From NCBI RefSeq assembly GCF_037042905.1, contig NC_087251.1, forward strand, positions 29,576,001-29,640,000: a DNA stretch of 64,000 nucleotides. Direction: 5' to 3'. Source of the stretch: Lytechinus pictus (lineage: Eukaryota). Under the pieces are notes generated by a model. It saw only the letters and a program-made list of their open reading frames with translations. It searched no databases and was not told the origin of the DNA. The position numbers and the translations under genes are program-made. Positions 58,806-64,000 of the stretch are shown here, one piece after another (the stretch's first letter is position 1; every line of letters begins with the position of its first letter).

Positions 58806-59955
58806 GATAGCTATTTTAAAAGCAAAGGAAGAAGAAAAGGAAGAACAGCATAAAAGAGAGTTCTGGGTTGTGTGACAGGATACCCACCGTATTCAATTGA
58901 GAAAACGTGACGTTATTTGAGCTCTTGCCGCCCCCCCCCCCCCCCCATCTCAAAATATCCTGACCCCACCCCCCCTGATCCGATCTACTATATCGCACTT
59001 CTCAACATTCTCAACTCGTTAACAGTATCACTCAATAGAAAATTGACAAATTCAGTACAAACCAAACAATGTGTTTTCATAAGTTCCAATGCTTTACATA
59101 AGTTTAATGCACAAACTTACACAGTACAAATTTTTCATCTATTCTAACTAATGGAAATTTCATCTAATTCTAACTAGTACACATTTCCAATTTCCATCTA
59201 ATTCTATCTAATGCTCATTTCAACATTTCCTCTATCAAGGCTTGAACGAAAGAGGCAGTTTTCACGTTCTCGATCCAAAATAAGATACAAGTCAACGAAA
59301 ATGCACGAAAAAAAATATAGTACGAAACGAATCACTAGAATGAAATTGAGTATTTTAATTCTTATGTTAAATTATTTTAAGAAAAAAAATGGCAAGATGT
59401 GTAACATACGAAGTGGGTTATTCAATCTCTGCAAACAATTATTCACAAATTTAGTATAGAAAGCCCGAAAGAATCTGTAAACATGATGACAAAGCAAGAG
59501 TGATAACTCTTATTTCCAATTGTAACTTTCAGTTTTACAATAGTGGCAACAGCCTCCAAGCCCCCCCCCTACAACTGTACGATCTGTATGACGGTGCCTG
59601 ATACTATTTACCATTGTCGATTTTCGGACACATTTTCAGGCGCTTTCGTATCAATATGTTGTCATCGGATCATTTTGTTTATTTGGATAAGAAAGTGAAA
59701 CAATTATGTATATTCAACATATCTTATATATCGGGCATGGGATATCAATGGGACACGTACCTGTATTTTACCTTTCGAAAGGGCAAACTCTCAAATACCT
59801 TGCTAGCTGGGACTCTTAACTTGTAAAGAGCCTTTGTAAATAATTAAAGTCGCTTTATTATAGGCTATCAGGTTAAAGATTGTCCCGTAAATCTTAAATT
59901 ATTTTTAACTTTAACGCCTGTGGTTACATTACTTCAGAGTACCTAAGGTTACATG

Positions 59956-60299
59956 ACATGGTTATCCCCTAACTCGTTCCCGTGAGTAAATAAGTCGTTC
60001 CCTAGCTTGACTTATAACTCGGTCCTCGACTTATAACTCGTTTCCTCGACTTATAACTCGTTTCCTCGACTTATTACTCGTTCCCTTGACTTATAACTCG
60101 TTTCCTCGACTTATAACTCGTTTCCTCGACTTAAAGCTCGTTCCCTTGACTTATAAATCGGTCCTCGACTTATAACTCGTTTCCTCGACTTAAAACTCGT
60201 TCCAATCGAACTAGTTACATAAATTATTTAAGTCGAATGAACGAGTAAGGGACAAGTAAGTAACTCTTGGGAACAAGTTAGGGGGGGAAATGCCATGTC
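59956..60299. repeat. About ten 19-20-bp tandem units (GACTTATAACTCGTTTCCTC) enclosed by inverted repeats; MITE-like
   Basis: Tandem array at about 59990-60203; flanks gacatggttatcccctaactcgttccc / gggaacaagttagggggggaaatgccatgtc. Confidence 0.85.
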
Positions 60300-60552
60300 T
60301 CCTTAAAGCGGTTCTTAGAGGCCGCTCCGTATATGGTCATGACTCGTGTTATAGTCTGGGAGGCACATGGAACTCGATTATCTTTACATCGATCCTCACA
60401 TTGAGACTTCATCTCGGTAGCTTGAGAAATAAATCCATCTTAACCTCTGATTCTAGAGTCTGGTCTTGAAATTTTAAAGAACCCCAGACGATATTCATTG
60501 TCGGATAGGAATATCCATATGTTGAATAAAATGTGGAGCGAATGACGACGAT

Positions 60553-60951
60553 CTACACTCTATCGTAGTAGAGCTTGACTTCAACATCGCCCAAGACGAA
60601 CGTGCACAAGGTTTGGTCTCCAACCAGCTCGCGAATGAGCTTGACACCGCGGCCGGTATCGGTGATCACCAAACGATCGCCATCCCAAGCAGCTGTGACG
60701 TCCGCCTCGATCATGTTGCCGAACATGACGAACTTGCAAGTTTTCCCGACCTCGACCGCGTTGACCCGCTCGCCCATCGAAGTTTGACTGACGATCTCGA
60801 TGCGGTCGCCATTGTGTCTCACCTCGACTGTGAGTTTGGAGATGAAATTGGGTGGTGGTCGCTTGTCTTCGGGTATTTGAAGTTTTTCGAGCAGTGGCGA
60901 GAAATCGTCGAATTTAGCGACGGCCCATTTACCGGAAAAGTCGACAGGCAT
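60553..60951 (-). CDS. Fatty-acid-binding protein / intracellular lipid-binding protein family member, intronless CDS, 132 aa
   Basis: N-terminal FSGKW motif, typical iLBP length, WDGDRLV, RELVGDQ and YYDRV C-terminus; caccATG start context; polypyrimidine tract and AG acceptor 12 nt upstream of the ATG. Confidence 0.88.
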   Translation of the reverse strand: MPVDFSGKWAVAKFDDFSPLLEKLQIPEDKRPPPNFISKLTVEVRHNGDRIEIVSQTSMGERVNAVEVGKTCKFVMFGNMIEADVTAAWDGDRLVITDTGRGVKLIRELVGDQTLCTFVLGDVEVKLYYDRV

Positions 60952-61376
60952 GGTGAGGAATTTCTGAAGGAAAGAAAGAAAAAAAAAAAATTATACCAAT
61001 GATAACGGATATTTACGAAAATTTGAAACCTCGATCGATCTTGCCTTTTTGTTGCTGGTACTGGCTTAATTTGTCACAACCATTCAGGGCAAACATTAAC
61101 CATGTCATCAGAAGTGCCGTTTTGTAGAGACTTTGCCTGACATTGTGCCTCACATCGACCACTATATGCACGTCACCCTGCTCTATCACAACCGTTCTAT
61201 CGCGTTTTATTATCATTATTATTTGTTTATTTGGTGGGGGATATGACTGAAGAATAGAAAACGCTACCGTGATTATAGAAGCTCCGCTATAGAAGTTGGA
61301 ATGCATAATTTATAATGGTGCGTGATATATCATTCATTCATAAGCCAAGCTGGTTAATCAGCGGGATCTTTCCAGA

Positions 61377-61504
61377 GGCCCGTAACACAAAGCTTAGCAA
61401 TGATCGTAGAACATTTTTCTACGATTGATTCCATTGACTACAATGTACAATCAATCGTAAAAATCAAGTGTACGATCAATCGCTAACCTTTGTGTTACGG
61501 GACC
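61377..61504. mobile_element. Palindromic MITE
   Basis: GGCCCGTAACACAAAG ... CTTTGTGTTACGGGACC. Confidence 0.75.
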
Positions 61505-61577
61505 AGGACCATTACAGTTCAGTGTAATGTTCGTATAGAAGAAAAAACCCAAAAGGATCACTTAATTCGATACTTAC

Positions 61578-61650
61578 ATTTTTTTATGTTAATGTCTGAC
61601 CCCGACCGCCTCGTTGCCATCAGGTTCTAAATATTTGCTGAATAGTTGTA
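61578..61650 (-). other. Candidate non-coding first exon of the FABP gene
   Basis: GTAAGT donor on the - strand starting at 61577, about 600 nt upstream of the acceptor at 60964-60965; the 5' limit is a guess. Confidence 0.35.
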
Positions 61651-64000
61651 CCCGCAGCGAGTCAAAATGATAGTTTGCGTTTAAGCACATTTATTTGTTG
61701 TAATATTTTCTTTTCGAGAGAGGGGGCTGGGTCGGAGTCTAATAAGAATACCAGCCCCCCCCCCCCCCCCCCCACTTTTGATCGACGGACTGCCACTGGT
61801 CCTGCCTCTGGTGACTATGCGTGTGTTAGTAAGTCAGGCATTCCCATGTGTAATATAATATTGACCATACTGACATGTAATGACCATGATCATGTATGTC
61901 CGCAAGCAAGAAGGGGGGCCGGGGTAGCTAGGGGTGTTTAAAAGTATGTCCCTTCTCTTTGCGGAGAGAAAAATCCGATAGAGGGTATGCCTTATCGAAT
62001 TACAAATAGCATATCTTCTCACTATGGAACTCCACTCCTGTGCAGACATTTTTGGGGGGTATGTGTGGTAGGGTGTGTCAAAACCCCAGTCTTTGCAGTA
62101 CTTGATTTACCCGAGTTTTATCGTTTTTTATATAATTTTTTAATCAAAATTTTTCCTTTATAATCTATAAGCAAAAAACCTTGCTGAATGTCTAAGCTTT
62201 GATAGCATACAAATTAATAAATGAATGTTATATTTCAGGATAGCGTCACAGATCCATATCCAAGTTGACCTTGTCCTCCCAGTCATGAACATAGTTCCAG
62301 CACAACAACCACTAAGGCGTGCCCTTCACTACCCCACCCCTCCTTCTTCTTTAAAATCCCTTGTTGCGCAACTCATGCGCAACTGCACGAATCAAAATGC
62401 TGATCTTATAAATACCAAATGCGACTTTATTTTAGTGCCTTACTGGTTAAAATGTTATTGTATGAAATTCTGATGAGGACATGATTTCTCTTTCCTCATG
62501 AAAGATGATATATGATACGGTATACATATAGGCCTACACAGTAACGTATGAACGAATACAAAATAATAATGACCAGACGTCGCGTAGTAGGAAAAAAAAG
62601 TTGCAAGTAAGCGAAGCGTGTGAGCAAAATTGTTTGACATTCTTGGTACAACAATCGAATTTTGTGATTGAATTTGACATACTTTTCAGAATATTATATC
62701 ATATTTCACCCTTTTCTTGTTCGTTTCTTTTTATTTTTCTCCCTTTTTTCTGGGTAGTAAAACTTTTGGGGGACATATGGCCCGATCGAAACCACCAATC
62801 TGTACGCCAGTGGGCCTTTACATAGTGGTTTAGACTAGATCTTCCCATTCAGCGGAACTCGATTTCTTTCCCATACTATAATGTACCTTCATATCAGGAA
62901 GAGCGCAGCGAGCGAGAATATAATATTGTAATTGAACTGTCGTTTCACCTTGCTTGCTGCATTCACCTGCATGCTTTTTATAAGCAGCTAGTGTAGTCTT
63001 ATTATTATTACAGTGAGTTGAAAAAAAAACGAACCCTTCTTTGTGGCAAAAATGTAATTTCTCCAATCAAAATATCCCTGAAATCCCTATCAAATTCATA
63101 TCACCTCGCTGTTCGTATGCCTTTGCCTGTGTTTGTGTCGGGAGGGGCCGGGTGATGATTGTCACATTAATCTACACAATCATGTTTTATCAGGGTAGAG
63201 ATTGGGTAGGATTATTCTTTAAGATAAAATCTAACCTGTTATCAAAATACCACATAAATTCTACCGGCAAGGAGGAAATAAATAGCAGGAACTGCACAGA
63301 CCCTGAAATTCAATCACTGAGAATAAGAAAAATAAAACTAAAGATATGCCTAAGAATTATGTCGCTTCCAAATAAATACAAATTTCCTGCTTTTATTCTT
63401 TCATAACAACTTTCGAACTCTAACAATTCTTCTCTGCTCTCTTACCAAACACATTCTTCTTTTTTTCCTTCGTATAAATTGAGAGAAGTAGCCTATAGAG
63501 ATAAGGGCATGCGTGGTGAGCCAAAAAAAATTGAGGGGGCCGCGGACATGGCGTTACATGCAAATCTTCGACATTTTATTTAAAAAACCCAATATATATA
63601 TTTCGGCATAACATCAAAAAAAAAAAAATCATATTTCACCCTTCTCTCTTTCCCTTTTTTTTTTTTTTTTTTTTTTGGGGGGGGGGGCAAGCCCCCTAAA
63701 CTGTACGCCACTGGAAGGGGGCAATGGAGTGTGTGTTTGGGAGGAGGCGCGAGGGGGAGGGGGTTATGTTTTTCTTCTATTCAATTAACAAATTGGGGTT
63801 TTCTTCCTAATACTTTGGCAATGATTGTCCTTGCTCTTACCCGATCATGTGATCATGTCACGTGATTTGGCAAAGGAAGCAACGGTAAAAGTGACATTTC
63901 CTGTAAGTGATCAATGGCTATCATTATTCAATGTCATGGAGTAATCTCTTTCATAACATTATCACCTCATATTAGCAAAATTAGTTTTTTAGTTATAGGC

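Noticed and set aside
59990..60203. CRISPR-like regular repeats
   Set aside because: The units are contiguous with no unique spacers, there are no cas genes, and the context is eukaryotic.
60575..61002. Plus-strand ORFs of 70 and 129 aa
   Set aside because: Antisense shadows of the GC-rich FABP coding sequence.

Overview
AT-rich, intron-rich animal genomic DNA. The repeat landscape resembles a sea urchin or other echinoderm, but that is inference. Two spliced SLC3 heavy-chain genes (GH13 alpha-amylase fold, canonical catalytic motifs lost) lie in tandem on the + strand. The first is rBAT/SLC3A1-like (11 coding exons seen, 5007-22276, 641 aa from the visible ATG, probably lacking an upstream exon). 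The second is 4F2hc/SLC3A2-like (10 exons, 44986-56036, 680 aa); it keeps the full B-domain and has a furin-type RRRR site plus a mucin-like insert. Most of the space between them is one 18.7-kb element (23660-42404) with CCCTT termini, a 2-bp AC target duplication and AACCATGGTT satellite-like subterminal arrays, as expected for CACTA/EnSpm. It carries a frameshifted, spliced SAMD3-like pseudogene, an inverted pair of tRNA-like sequences and several nested elements. A composite foldback element with 8-bp target duplications occurs twice, in opposite orientations (6785-11084 and 34527-39257). An FABP-family gene with an intronless CDS lies on the - strand (60553-60951). Many MITEs (hAT-, Tc1-, Kolobok- and Harbinger-like) are scattered throughout. 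All exon boundaries and family assignments were made by eye, without database searches.
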